Virus record (IMG/VR): IMGVR_UViG_2541047702_000001 | Length of the DNA stretch: 36,638 nucleotides | Direction: 5' to 3' (one strand) | Origin: a virus | Taxonomy: Duplodnaviria; Heunggongvirae; Uroviricota; Caudoviricetes | Shown here: positions 26,247 through 34,343 of the stretch, piece after piece | Numbering within the stretch: position 1 is the first letter of the stretch | Layout of the letters: the number at the start of each line of letters is the position of its first letter | The notes under the pieces: model-generated | Databases searched by the model: none | What the model saw: only the letters and a program-made list of their open reading frames with translations | Told to the model about the DNA's origin: nothing | Position numbers and translations under genes: made by a program

Positions 26247-26978
26247 TCACTTTCCTTTGATGCGAATGCCAGCAAGCCAGTTTCTTATGCCGATATATTC
26301 AGCGTTCCTGAAACCGCTTTTTACATATATAAATGGCAAGCGAAGATTGTGACCATTGGCTGCTAGGTAGTCTTTACAACCCTGTTCGGTGAAACAGCAG
26401 GTAACGAATTCATCAATATCTTTCACAGCAACGCGCCGCCATTTTTCTGGTGGTTCCCGAAAGTTTTCATGAAGTAGTTCGAGACGACGACTTTGGAGTT
26501 TATTGGCTTCATTGCCATCTTCATCAACCCAGACAATCCGGTCATAGTCATAATCAGCATCAACAACAATTTCGCGCTTTTGATACACACAAAACATAGG
26601 GTCTGACGTTATTCGATTATCCTGTGTTCGAATATTTTCACCGATGATGCCAAACGAATCTGGTGCAGATTTTGTCTGCAACTCTGCTATGCGCTTACTT
26701 CCATCCGAGATAACACCTTCGTAATACTCGCGTTGCTCGTTGAGTTTTGATTTTGCTTCCTCAAGCTCAACGCGCAGCTTCCCTACCGTTAGCGCAATAT
26801 CTTCGTTCTCCTGGTCGCGGCGTTTGATGTATTGCTGGTTTCTTTCCCGTTCATCCAGTAGTGCCAGCACAATCGATGGTGTTACCAGCTCATGGAAAAG
26901 GTCCGCATCAAATCCCCAGTCGTCATGCATTGCCTGCTCTGCCGCCAGTCGCAGAGCCTGATAGTTAATCTTGCTCAC
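26247..26978 (-). CDS. Ead/Ea22-like family protein
   Basis: N-terminus MSKINYQALRLAAEQAMHDDWGFD resembles the conserved Ea22-like N-terminal region of lambdoid phages (recalled); coiled-coil middle. Confidence 0.45.
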   Translation of the reverse strand: MSKINYQALRLAAEQAMHDDWGFDADLFHELVTPSIVLALLDERERNQQYIKRRDQENEDIALTVGKLRVELEEAKSKLNEQREYYEGVISDGSKRIAELQTKSAPDSFGIIGENIRTQDNRITSDPMFCVYQKREIVVDADYDYDRIVWVDEDGNEANKLQSRRLELLHENFREPPEKWRRVAVKDIDEFVTCCFTEQGCKDYLAANGHNLRLPFIYVKSGFRNAEYIGIRNWLAGIRIKGK

Positions 26979-27231
26979 TGGTTGCCTCCGCTTCCCACGT
27001 TTTCAGACTTTCACCACAGAACGGGCAAAATGAAACTCGAATCGGTGATTTAGAAAATTCACCAGACCGCAGCATGATCAGGTCTTGTGAATGAATTAAT
27101 TCATGGTTATAGATTTTGTATTTCAGCAGACCTTTCCGCGTCGTGTATTCAGCGTCATGCTCCAGGGATTGCGTCAACGCCGCGCACGGTTCTATCTTGT
27201 TGCCATTAATTTGGCATTTTGACTCACTCAC
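26965..27231 (-). CDS. Hypothetical small protein with CPFCGE zinc-ribbon-like motif
   Basis: 88 aa, start/stop overlap with neighbours. Confidence 0.3.
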   Translation of the reverse strand: MSESKCQINGNKIEPCAALTQSLEHDAEYTTRKGLLKYKIYNHELIHSQDLIMLRSGEFSKSPIRVSFCPFCGESLKTWEAEATSEQD

Positions 27232-27899
27232 TGGTTGCCTCCTTTGCGAAGCTGGGCAGCAAAGTCAACTAACCACTCAGTCATTTCAACCTTCCCTACC
27301 AGGTCTGAACCAGGGTGCATACAGCAATCACTCTGCGCCGCTTTGAAATCCTTATACTCATATTCTTGGGCCACCAGATTTTTTGCAGCTTCTATGGCAG
27401 CATCCACCCCCTGCGCCCGCACTTCAGACAGGAAAGCATCGGTGGCTGGGGTTTCGACATTAGGTCGAAGCTCATAATCACAAACTCTTTCAATCCATGG
27501 TGATACTCTGTCGCATTTCCTCTTCTTGCGTTCACCGACCTTGGTTGCCTGCTGAATAATTACCCCCCAGCAAATGCTTTCGACCTCTTCGCTCCATCCA
27601 TCGCAAGCATCGCCTCTATAGTCGTCAATTGCAGCCTCAGCAGCAGCGATAGCCTCCTCAGCAGTTTTGTGACACTCGAAACTAAATTCAGAGCCATATG
27701 AGAAATACATAGCCCCGGCCTTCAGTCTCGCATTCTCCGCCGCCAGCGCATTAGCACGCACCAGTTGCACTTCCAGTTGCGTTGCCAAATCGCTGATCAG
27801 CTTTGCCACACTACGCATATCAACGGCACCACATTCTGCTTTCAGTTCCGAAGCCATCTCATGCCCGGCGGAAACTAACCCTTTGATATTACTTTCCAT
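27228..27899 (-). CDS. Hypothetical early-region protein (Ala-rich coiled-coil N-terminus)
   Basis: 223 aa ORF in tightly packed early operon. Confidence 0.35.
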   Translation of the reverse strand: MESNIKGLVSAGHEMASELKAECGAVDMRSVAKLISDLATQLEVQLVRANALAAENARLKAGAMYFSYGSEFSFECHKTAEEAIAAAEAAIDDYRGDACDGWSEEVESICWGVIIQQATKVGERKKRKCDRVSPWIERVCDYELRPNVETPATDAFLSEVRAQGVDAAIEAAKNLVAQEYEYKDFKAAQSDCCMHPGSDLVGKVEMTEWLVDFAAQLRKGGNQ

Positions 27900-27960
27900 C
27901 TTTACCCTCGCTTATCCACATAACTTATTGATTACATTGATAACTAAAAAGATCGTCGAT

Positions 27961-28305
27961 TCAGAACTCTTCGATATTCCAGCCACCACCTGCTTTCTTT
28001 GGTTTAACCGTTACCCCGATGATTCGGAACGGATACTGATCTGCGGCGACTTTGGTTTTCACCCTGGCGTCGTCGGTCCAGAAACCTTTCACTTCGTGCA
28101 GTTCCATCTCTCCGGTGGCGAGCATCACAGCGAAATCGGGCGTATAAAACGTGTTGTCAGCCAGCCGCAGCTTGATACCCTCGAACCGATACCAGGCGAC
28201 TTCCCCTGCACGTTTACGCTGCTCAAGGTGCTGGCAATACGCAGATTCTGTTTTGTTCATCTGGCCTGTTTTGAGCCGACCAAGAGCCTGTATCTGTTTT
28301 CTCAT
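27961..28305 (-). CDS. PD-(D/E)xK-motif nuclease-like protein (DUF1064-like); possible recombination/resolution nuclease
   Basis: 114 aa; motif YTPDF...ELHEVKG (D...E-x-K); preceded by two operator-like sites. Confidence 0.4.
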   Translation of the reverse strand: MRKQIQALGRLKTGQMNKTESAYCQHLEQRKRAGEVAWYRFEGIKLRLADNTFYTPDFAVMLATGEMELHEVKGFWTDDARVKTKVAADQYPFRIIGVTVKPKKAGGGWNIEEF

Positions 28306-28308
28306 GAT

Positions 28309-28385
28309 TTACCCCTTAGGTAATTAAAAACCACATAAGACATGAAATCAATAGACGTTAGAACATTTTATTACCCACTAGGTAA
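28309..28385. promoter_or_regulatory. Two exact operator-like palindromes (TTACC-CCTTA-GGTAA 28309-28323; TTACC-CACTA-GGTAA 28371-28385) 62 bp apart
   Basis: Both exact; located between P-like gene stop and nuclease gene start, the first only 4 bp from the ATG. Confidence 0.55.
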
Positions 28386-28422
28386 TTACGTGGGCGTAAA
28401 AAAATGCGCTATCGCGCTGGTA

Positions 28423-29223
28423 TTACTTGATAAATCCTGCCGCCTTTCCCCGCCTGTATTCCTCCATCAGCCACTGCGCCGGTGTTATTCCCCCCAGGGT
28501 GGCGGCGTTAGGCATACACCCGAAACTTCGCCCTGGTGGATGGTAAACGTCTCTCCCTGTGTCCGGAGGCGTACTCATGGGTTCTGGCTTTGCCTGTATG
28601 CTGATCACCGGATCGGGTATCTGCTGTCCGGAAGCCACCTTTTTCGCCCAATCATCGAGCAGCCTGCGCGCGTGTTTCTCAACCTCAATCTCGCTAAGCT
28701 GGCGCTGATACATTGCGCGGCGGGTATCACATACGACCCAGTACATAACCGGATGTCGCCACGGGAATCTTTCGGGACCACCAGGATATAAACTTTTTTC
28801 CTTGCTGTACCGGTGAAACTCCGCCATCACATCGTCAATGGTGACGCCAAGAACCATCTTGCTGTCTTTGCACCACTTGATAAATTGCCCTGGCGACGGC
28901 CAGAACGGAGATTCACTGGCGCGAGCGTGGCGCATACCAGCAGAAACCTGTTCACGGGTTCGGATCCCCCCTTCAGCAAACGCAGCAATCCACTGCTGTT
29001 TTGCAGCAACTTCCTGCTCTGGCGTCTTCAGGTTGGTTACCACTGCCGCCGGAAACAGTTGTTTCAGCTGTTTGAAAAGGGCATCAACAAGCCTCTCTGC
29101 TGACATGTTCACTACGTTGTCATTGTTGGTGTACTGATGCTCATAACCTGACATGCGAGAAAGGGCTTCTCCGTCACGGTTTTGTATCGCGGTAAAAACG
29201 TTGTTCACAAGAAATCCTCCCAT
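28423..29223 (-). CDS. Replication protein P-like (DnaB helicase loader)
   Basis: Strong resemblance to recalled lambda P: QQWIAAFAEGGIRTREQVSAGMR and FWPSPGQFIKWCKD versus lambda RRQWVLAFRENGITTMEQVNAGMR and FLPSPGQFVAWCRE. Possible true start GTG 29208 (GGAGGA upstream, GTGA overlap with O stop). Confidence 0.7.
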   Translation of the reverse strand: MGGFLVNNVFTAIQNRDGEALSRMSGYEHQYTNNDNVVNMSAERLVDALFKQLKQLFPAAVVTNLKTPEQEVAAKQQWIAAFAEGGIRTREQVSAGMRHARASESPFWPSPGQFIKWCKDSKMVLGVTIDDVMAEFHRYSKEKSLYPGGPERFPWRHPVMYWVVCDTRRAMYQRQLSEIEVEKHARRLLDDWAKKVASGQQIPDPVISIQAKPEPMSTPPDTGRDVYHPPGRSFGCMPNAATLGGITPAQWLMEEYRRGKAAGFIK

Positions 29224-29996
29224 GCTTCAGGGCTGTTCCAGTGCGGAACGTTGTTATCAGGTAATGTTGATTGCTTCTGTCTGCTAATCTGCAGCCGCCT
29301 TGCCAGCTTCTGCTCCCACTGTGCCTGATGGTATGCCTTACCCTCAGCCATCCAGTAAATTCTGAACTCTGCAAGTTCCTGTGCCGTTGGCAGACTGTCC
29401 AGGTAGATCCCCTGCAATGAGCTTTTCCGAAGAAAGTCATCTGATGGCTGCCATTGTTCATGCATGACAAATTTGCCTAATTGCCCTGGCCCACCAGGAG
29501 GAACAAAGTTATTCATCACGGCGTTGTTTGCGCCTGGGTCATGAGGCACAGAATCCCCGGTTTTTGTCCTGCTCTCCCTCTCTTGGTTAAATGACTGGTT
29601 ATATGACTGGTTCTGGATCCCGTTTTTGGGATCATTCAACATCCCGTTTTTGGGTATATTCCCGTTTTCGGGAACATTACCGTTTTCGGGTTCATTACCC
29701 CCCTCCCGGTTGCCTTTAATGTTCCCGTTTTTGGTTATATTAAGAGAGAAAACCCGCACTCTTTTCGTCGCTCCCTTTCTCTCTCCGGTATCTGAAATAA
29801 GCCCCATTTTCATGAGCGATATAAGTCCGGCCTGCACGGTTTTTTTATTCAGGCAAGTGTCTTTAACGAGGCGTTCTATGCTGGGGTAGCAGAGGTTATA
29901 TTCATCGGCTCTGTCAGCCATCGAGAGCAGTATGAGCTTTAATGACGAGCTACCTGGATCTGTCTCCCAGGCCCAATCTGTTGCATGTCTGCTCAT
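29205..29996 (-). CDS. Replication initiator (lambda O-like) with origin iterons inside the coding sequence
   Basis: 263 aa; N-terminal HTH-like region; central Asn/Gly-rich repeat ENGNVPENGNIPKNG encoded by iterons; GGAG Shine-Dalgarno 9 nt upstream of ATG 29996; directly precedes P-like gene. Confidence 0.6.
   Translation of the reverse strand: MSRHATDWAWETDPGSSSLKLILLSMADRADEYNLCYPSIERLVKDTCLNKKTVQAGLISLMKMGLISDTGERKGATKRVRVFSLNITKNGNIKGNREGGNEPENGNVPENGNIPKNGMLNDPKNGIQNQSYNQSFNQERESRTKTGDSVPHDPGANNAVMNNFVPPGGPGQLGKFVMHEQWQPSDDFLRKSSLQGIYLDSLPTAQELAEFRIYWMAEGKAYHQAQWEQKLARRLQISRQKQSTLPDNNVPHWNSPEAWEDFL
29617..29735. repeat. Putative ori: five iterons of consensus (A/T)TCCCGTTTT(T)SGG at 29617-29630, 29641-29654, 29659-29672, 29677-29690, 29722-29735
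   Basis: Direct repeats read in sequence, spacing 24, 18, 18 and 45 bp; additional tandem ATGACTGGTT x2 at 29591-29612. Confidence 0.6.
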
Positions 29997-30011
29997 GATT
30001 AATCTCCGCTA

Positions 30012-30281
30012 TCAGCTTGAATGTTGTGGGGAGGAATTAATCATGATCTGCTTAATCTCTGCCCTGATACGACGGTTTGATTCCATGGTGCACTCAACAC
30101 AGTGTCCGTTGTAAACCCAGCGTTCACTGTCATGTCCGTGCTTACATGTTTTTCCGGTGTAGTAGCGTTTAAGTCCGCGCTTTGCGGCATCAATACGTGT
30201 AATGATTTCCATGGTAAGCCCTGTTATTGGTATTGGGATTACGGTCATTTTGTGCTGACACAAAAAAAAGATCAACCACAT
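30012..30281 (-). CDS. Small Cys/His-containing protein at the CII position (between cro-like gene and O)
   Basis: Motif YYTGKTCKHGHDSERWVYNGHCVEC; start uncertain (ATG 30281, 30248 or 30212, none with a good Shine-Dalgarno). Confidence 0.35.
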   Translation of the reverse strand: MWLIFFLCQHKMTVIPIPITGLTMEIITRIDAAKRGLKRYYTGKTCKHGHDSERWVYNGHCVECTMESNRRIRAEIKQIMINSSPQHSS

Positions 30282-30292
30282 TTGGTTTTTTA

Positions 30293-30307
30293 TTACCTTT
30301 GAGGTAC
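30293..30307. promoter_or_regulatory. Operator-like site TTACC-TTTGA-GGTAC (1 mismatch) downstream of the cro terminator
   Basis: Read in sequence; sits between terminator 30310-30341 and the CII-position gene. Confidence 0.4.
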
Positions 30308-30309
30308 GA

Positions 30310-30341
30310 ATAGATATGAAAAGACCGCCGGGTGGCGGTCT
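30310..30341 (-). terminator. Intrinsic terminator after the cro-like gene (tR1-like): AGACCGCC-GGGT-GGCGGTCT then TTTTCATATCT on minus strand
   Basis: 8-bp stem, T-run on minus strand. Confidence 0.6.
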
Positions 30342-30362
30342 ACAGAGGGTTGTAGCTGGATA

Positions 30363-30593
30363 TCATGAGTAGAAGAAGTATGCCAGTTCTGCTTTTGAGC
30401 GCAACCATTGTCTTGTTTTACAGGCTTTAAAAAGCCCATTCATCAATACTTTACCTGGCATTTTGCGCTTACCTGTTAAGTGAGTCTGGATATAATGACT
30501 CGTCGTTCCGGCTTCCTGTGCGAAGGCTTCACGCTCATCCGGAGTAAGTGCAAGCCAGTGCTTTTTGAAATCGAAATGTCCGTTATCGCTCAT
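30363..30593 (-). CDS. Cro-like HTH regulator
   Basis: 76 aa; HTH-like segment REAFAQEAGTTSHYIQTHLTGKRKMP; divergent from repressor gene across a three-operator region. Confidence 0.5.
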   Translation of the reverse strand: MSDNGHFDFKKHWLALTPDEREAFAQEAGTTSHYIQTHLTGKRKMPGKVLMNGLFKACKTRQWLRSKAELAYFFYS

Positions 30594-30628
30594 AGCTATT
30601 GCCTGATATTTATTTCAGATAATAAATA

Positions 30629-30691
30629 TTCACCCATAAGGTAACAAAAATCAAGGATAGTTACCTATGGGGTGCATTTACCTGTTGGGTA
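30629..30691. promoter_or_regulatory. Tripartite operator region between divergent cro-like and repressor genes: TCACC-CATAA-GGTAA (30629-30643), TTACC-TATGG-GGTGC (30660-30674), TTACC-TGTTG-GGTAA (30677-30691, exact)
   Basis: Three sites of the same palindromic family in a 147-bp AT-rich intergenic region, analogous to OR1-3. Confidence 0.6.
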
Positions 30692-30747
30692 ATATTGCTT
30701 TAAATTGAATCATCTACTGATTCATATATGAGGCGATTTTCCAGAAA

Positions 30748-31332
30748 ATGAAAAGTATCCAGGACGTCCGCAGGCAAAATCTCAACGACTTGATCGACCG
30801 TGAATTCAATGGTGTTCAGACGCGGATGGCAGAAAAACTTGGAACTCAGGCAAATCTGGTAAACCGCTGGGCTCTTGGCAAGAAGGTTATCGGCGACCAG
30901 GTTGCGCGAAAAATTGAAGCTGCCGCCAATAAACCCCGTAACTGGCTTGATATCGATCGCTCGCTTTCTCAGGAAGGTTTTCAGCCTGTCGGCCCAAGCG
31001 ACATTGGTCAGCTGGCGGCTCACAACCTGGAACGCTGGATGAGCGAAAGCCGCGACCTTTCAACACAGGGAAAACTTCACCGCGCATCCGGCGTCGCCCA
31101 GGTGACAATCAGCCGCCTGTTAAACAATGAGGTCAGCGTTTCCATTTCCACCCTGGAGAATGTTGCATCCGCATTCGGGCGTCACGGCTATGAATTACTG
31201 ATTCACCCGCACGACCCTGCGACCATCAACTATGACCGCTCGCGCTACGCATTGTTACCCGAAACCGAGAAAGCAAAGATCGAAAGTTACATTGAATTTG
31301 TCATCAACCAGAACGAAAAAAACAAACAATAA
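30748..31332 (+). CDS. Prophage repressor (CI-position) with two tandem XRE-type HTH domains and no recognisable S24 peptidase domain
   Basis: 194 aa; two HTH-like segments (about residues 20-70 and 95-150); C-terminus lacks Ser/Lys peptidase motifs; followed by terminator and a second operator cluster; weak ribosome-binding site (possibly leaderless-like). Confidence 0.6.
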   Translation: MKSIQDVRRQNLNDLIDREFNGVQTRMAEKLGTQANLVNRWALGKKVIGDQVARKIEAAANKPRNWLDIDRSLSQEGFQPVGPSDIGQLAAHNLERWMSESRDLSTQGKLHRASGVAQVTISRLLNNEVSVSISTLENVASAFGRHGYELLIHPHDPATINYDRSRYALLPETEKAKIESYIEFVINQNEKNKQ

Positions 31333-31353
31333 AATCATATTTTTCAGTAAGTA

Positions 31354-31378
31354 AGCCGCCTTCTGGCGGCTTTTTTAT
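31354..31378 (+). terminator. Rho-independent terminator after the repressor gene (GCCGCC-TTCT-GGCGGC then T6)
   Basis: Read directly; 22 nt after the stop codon. Confidence 0.75.
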
Positions 31379-31389
31379 TGCCTGCGCAA

Positions 31390-31466
31390 TTACCTTAAGG
31401 GTAATTTTTTTAACTCATATCTATTGACACCAAACCAAATACGCATAATTATTACCTCAACGGTAA
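31390..31466. promoter_or_regulatory. Early-left promoter/operator region: exact operators TTACC-TTAAG-GGTAA (31390-31404) and TTACC-TCAAC-GGTAA (31452-31466), with TTGACA -35 at 31424-31429
   Basis: The second operator overlaps the predicted -10 (TAATTAT about 31446-31452). Confidence 0.6.
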
Positions 31467-31485
31467 CAGACCGAGGTAACAAGTT

Positions 31486-31638
31486 ATGCAGTGGAAAATC
31501 ATCAACGGTTGGTACTGCGTTACTGCATGCGGATTCATGAGCTGGAAGTTCCGCACCTTACAGGAAGGCATTAAGTGGGCTTTCGTCAGCAAAGAAGCTC
31601 GCGATGTGGCCAACGATAACGAGATATGGGAGGGCTGA
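31486..31638 (+). CDS. Possible small first gene of the early-left operon (50 aa), not in ORF track
   Basis: ATG 31486 about 20 nt downstream of operator; translation MQWKIINGWYCVTACGFMSWKFRTLQEGIKWAFVSKEARDVANDNEIWEG; no clear Shine-Dalgarno. Confidence 0.25.
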   Translation: MQWKIINGWYCVTACGFMSWKFRTLQEGIKWAFVSKEARDVANDNEIWEG

Positions 31639-31640
31639 TA

Positions 31641-31940
31641 ATGAACGTTAATCAGCAGAAAAATCTTCAAAAAATCATGCTGGCATTCGACAAGGACTAC
31701 AGCCTGTCAGAACAGCTATATGACCGACAAGTTGAACTGATTGAGAGTATCCGGCTTCATCAACTGGCATCAACTTTCGACGTTGTAACAGTTAAAGGCG
31801 TTCGCCAGGAAGTACTGGAGGCCGCTAAAGACAGCCCTGAGTTCGAAGAACTAATGGATGCCTACCGGCGCGAGGCAATGGCAATTATCGCCCGCTGGGA
31901 TCTGGCTGATCAGATTGATGGGCAGAGGGACGCGGCATGA
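31641..31940 (+). CDS. Hypothetical early protein
   Basis: ATG 31641 (in-frame internal start of the ORF-track entry 31626-31940); stop overlaps exonuclease start. Confidence 0.4.
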   Translation: MNVNQQKNLQKIMLAFDKDYSLSEQLYDRQVELIESIRLHQLASTFDVVTVKGVRQEVLEAAKDSPEFEELMDAYRREAMAIIARWDLADQIDGQRDAA

Positions 31941-32758
31941 ATCCGGGAATTTATTTCGATATCAGCAACGAGGACTACCACGCCGGTGACGGCGTGAGTA
32001 AGTCGCAGCTAGATATGGTGGCTAAGAACCCTGCCCTTCTGAAATGGGTGAAGGCTGCTCCGGAAGACGAAGAGAAGAAGTCTGCACTGGACATGGGTAC
32101 TGCTCTGCACTGTCTGCTTCTGGAACCTGGAGAGTTTGACAAACGCTTCATCGTTTCACCGAAATTCGATCGTCGGACAAAACAAGGTAAAGCTGACGAA
32201 GAGGCATTTCTTCGTGATGTAGCGGATATGGGGATTACGGTACTTGATGCCGAGCAGTGGCGGAAACTGGAGCTGATGCGTGATAGCGCAATGGCTCACC
32301 CGGCGGCACGCTGGATGCTGGAAGCACCTGGTTACTGCGAAGCATCAATGTACTGGAACGATGAAGAGACTGGTGAGTTGTGCCGCATTCGTCCAGACAA
32401 ATGGCTGAACGAGCACAACGTGATCGTCGACGTGAAAAAGGTTGCAGATATGGACCGTTTTGCACGCCACATCGAGGAATTCCGCTACCACGTGCAGGAC
32501 GCAATGTACCGCGAAGGCGCAATGAGGGTTACTGGTCAGCCGCATGGTTTTTTCTTTCTTGCCGTGAGCGAAAGCATTGATTGTGGTCGGTATCCGGTAC
32601 GCGTGTTCGAGCTGGATGCGCCGGATGTCGATGCCGGTCACGATCTGTTCCGCCGGGATCTGAATACCTATCACGAATGCCGCATCAACGATGAGTGGGG
32701 CGGAGTGGAAATTATTAAACGCCCTGACTGGGCACGTAAACAGGATATGTACGTATGA
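31937..32758 (+). CDS. PD-(D/E)xK exonuclease, RecE-like (exonuclease VIII-type nuclease domain)
   Basis: 273 aa; N-terminal YFDISNEDYHAGDGVSKSQL motif as recalled for RecE-type nuclease domains; translationally coupled to the downstream RecT gene. Confidence 0.55.
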   Translation: MNPGIYFDISNEDYHAGDGVSKSQLDMVAKNPALLKWVKAAPEDEEKKSALDMGTALHCLLLEPGEFDKRFIVSPKFDRRTKQGKADEEAFLRDVADMGITVLDAEQWRKLELMRDSAMAHPAARWMLEAPGYCEASMYWNDEETGELCRIRPDKWLNEHNVIVDVKKVADMDRFARHIEEFRYHVQDAMYREGAMRVTGQPHGFFFLAVSESIDCGRYPVRVFELDAPDVDAGHDLFRRDLNTYHECRINDEWGGVEIIKRPDWARKQDMYV

Positions 32759-33636
32759 GCAATGATATCGCAATCACATCACAACCAGGCGCAACTGTAG
32801 GTACTGCTGCGGCAATCTTCAGCCCGGAGGGCATGAATCAACTGGTGCGTTTCGCGGAGTTGATGTCACAAAGCAAAGCGACTGTACCGGAACATCTTGA
32901 AGGCAAACCTGCCGATTGTCTGGCGGTGACCATGCAGGCGGCACAGTGGGGAATGAACCCTTTCGCCGTGGCGCAGAAAACGCATGTGGTAAACGGAAAG
33001 TTAGGCTACGAAGCACAGTTGGTAAACGCGGTCGTATCCTCTTCCAGCCTGCTAGCGACACGCCTGAATTATCGCTGGAGCGGTGACTGGTCGAATGTTA
33101 ACGGCAAAACAGATAAATCACCGAATCTGACGGTAACTGTGTCAGCAGTTCTTAAAGGAGAAGCAGAACCCCGTGAGCTTACCATCAGTATGGCGCAAGC
33201 CGGAGTGCGTAACTCTCCATTGTGGGAACAGGATCCGCGCCAGCAGCTTGCCTATCTTTGCACGAAACGATGGGCTCGCCTGCACGCTCCTGATGTGCTT
33301 CTCGGTGTTTATACCCCTGACGAATTACAGGAAACGGCACCGCGCGTTGAGCGAGACATTACTCCGCAAACAACTACTGCTGCGGGAATGAACAGTCTGA
33401 TCAACGCTAAACCAGTGAAAAAGCCTGATGAGCAAACTCGTAAAGCGGATAGCCGTGATCCAGAAGAAATGCTGATGGCCTTTACCAGCGCAGCGATGAA
33501 TTACAGCACTGTCTCCGAACTGGATAAGGCTTACAAATACATTGCACAAAAACTTTCAGATGATGACGAACTGCTGGCAAAAGCCACCGACGTTTACAGC
33601 GTTCGTCGGGAAGAATTAAACGAAACATCTATGTAA
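32755..33636 (+). CDS. recT: RecT-family single-strand annealing recombinase
   Basis: 293 aa; position after exonuclease with ATGA overlap; overall resemblance to RecT (recalled). Confidence 0.6.
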   Translation: MSNDIAITSQPGATVGTAAAIFSPEGMNQLVRFAELMSQSKATVPEHLEGKPADCLAVTMQAAQWGMNPFAVAQKTHVVNGKLGYEAQLVNAVVSSSSLLATRLNYRWSGDWSNVNGKTDKSPNLTVTVSAVLKGEAEPRELTISMAQAGVRNSPLWEQDPRQQLAYLCTKRWARLHAPDVLLGVYTPDELQETAPRVERDITPQTTTAAGMNSLINAKPVKKPDEQTRKADSRDPEEMLMAFTSAAMNYSTVSELDKAYKYIAQKLSDDDELLAKATDVYSVRREELNETSM

Positions 33637-33685
33637 CCACCACCGCGGCGCCACGCGCGCCGCACTGCAACCAAGAGAGGTATTT

Positions 33686-33934
33686 ATGAAAGGTGCATTA
33701 GGTAAGAAGGAACTCCTGGCGGTGGTGCCACTGTCATGGAGCACTATCGACCGTATGGAGCGCGCAGGGGAATTTCCTAAACGCTGGTATATCACCGACA
33801 AACGCTGCGCATGGAACCGTGACGAAGTTGAGCGTTGGCTTGATGAACGTCAGGCAGCAAGCCCGGCAGAGTTCCAGGGTAAAAAACCTCCTGTTCAGCA
33901 ACGTGTATATCGTCCTGTGAGCAACGCTGCATGA
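33686..33934 (+). CDS. AlpA-family HTH protein (excisionase / transcriptional regulator)
   Basis: 82 aa; motif LSWSTIDRMERAGEFPKRWYITDKRCAWNRDEVERWL typical of AlpA/Xis-like proteins; AGAGAGG ribosome-binding site. Confidence 0.6.
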   Translation: MKGALGKKELLAVVPLSWSTIDRMERAGEFPKRWYITDKRCAWNRDEVERWLDERQAASPAEFQGKKPPVQQRVYRPVSNAA

Positions 33935-34043
33935 GTGTGCTGCTAAGACACTGGAGCAAATGGTCAGGATGGTACTTATTCCTGGCCTCTGTTTCAGCAT
34001 GGCTTTATCTGCTGGCATTAATTTTCAGAGAGGGTTGGATTAA

Positions 34044-34343
34044 GTGAGAAAGTTAAGCCGACTTGAAAAATATCACATGAATAAGGTTTCAATGCGCAGT
34101 CCGTCAAAGATTGTCGCCGTTACTCCTGCGGCGATAGAGATCGAAAAACGCGCGATTGAAAGAGAGAAAAAAGGGCAATTCCGAATTGCCGCCTACCTTT
34201 GGCTTCAGTGTATGGATGTTGCTTCTGGTGATGTTGAGCGTGCAAGGATCGCGGTTCGCAGGGACCAATGTATCACAAAAGGTAACGGCCTTCGCCGTGG
34301 CGACTATAGCGGCATAGGATGTTGTGGGGTGGTTTATGACTAA
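34044..34343 (+). CDS. PerC-family-like transcriptional activator (tentative)
   Basis: Segment FRIAAYLWLQCMDVASGDVERARIAVRRDQC resembles the PerC/Pch conserved core (recalled); start uncertain (GTG 34044, ATG 34077 or 34092). Confidence 0.4.
   Translation: MRKLSRLEKYHMNKVSMRSPSKIVAVTPAAIEIEKRAIEREKKGQFRIAAYLWLQCMDVASGDVERARIAVRRDQCITKGNGLRRGDYSGIGCCGVVYD

Noticed and set aside
29174-29470. 98-aa minus-strand ORF across the O/P junction
   Set aside because: Entirely overlaps the well-supported O-like and P-like genes in another frame.
30602-30617. CTGATATTTATTTCAG as a second LexA box in the cro/cI intergenic region
   Set aside because: Half-sites are CTGA/TCAG, not CTGT/ACAG; more likely just AT-rich promoter DNA.
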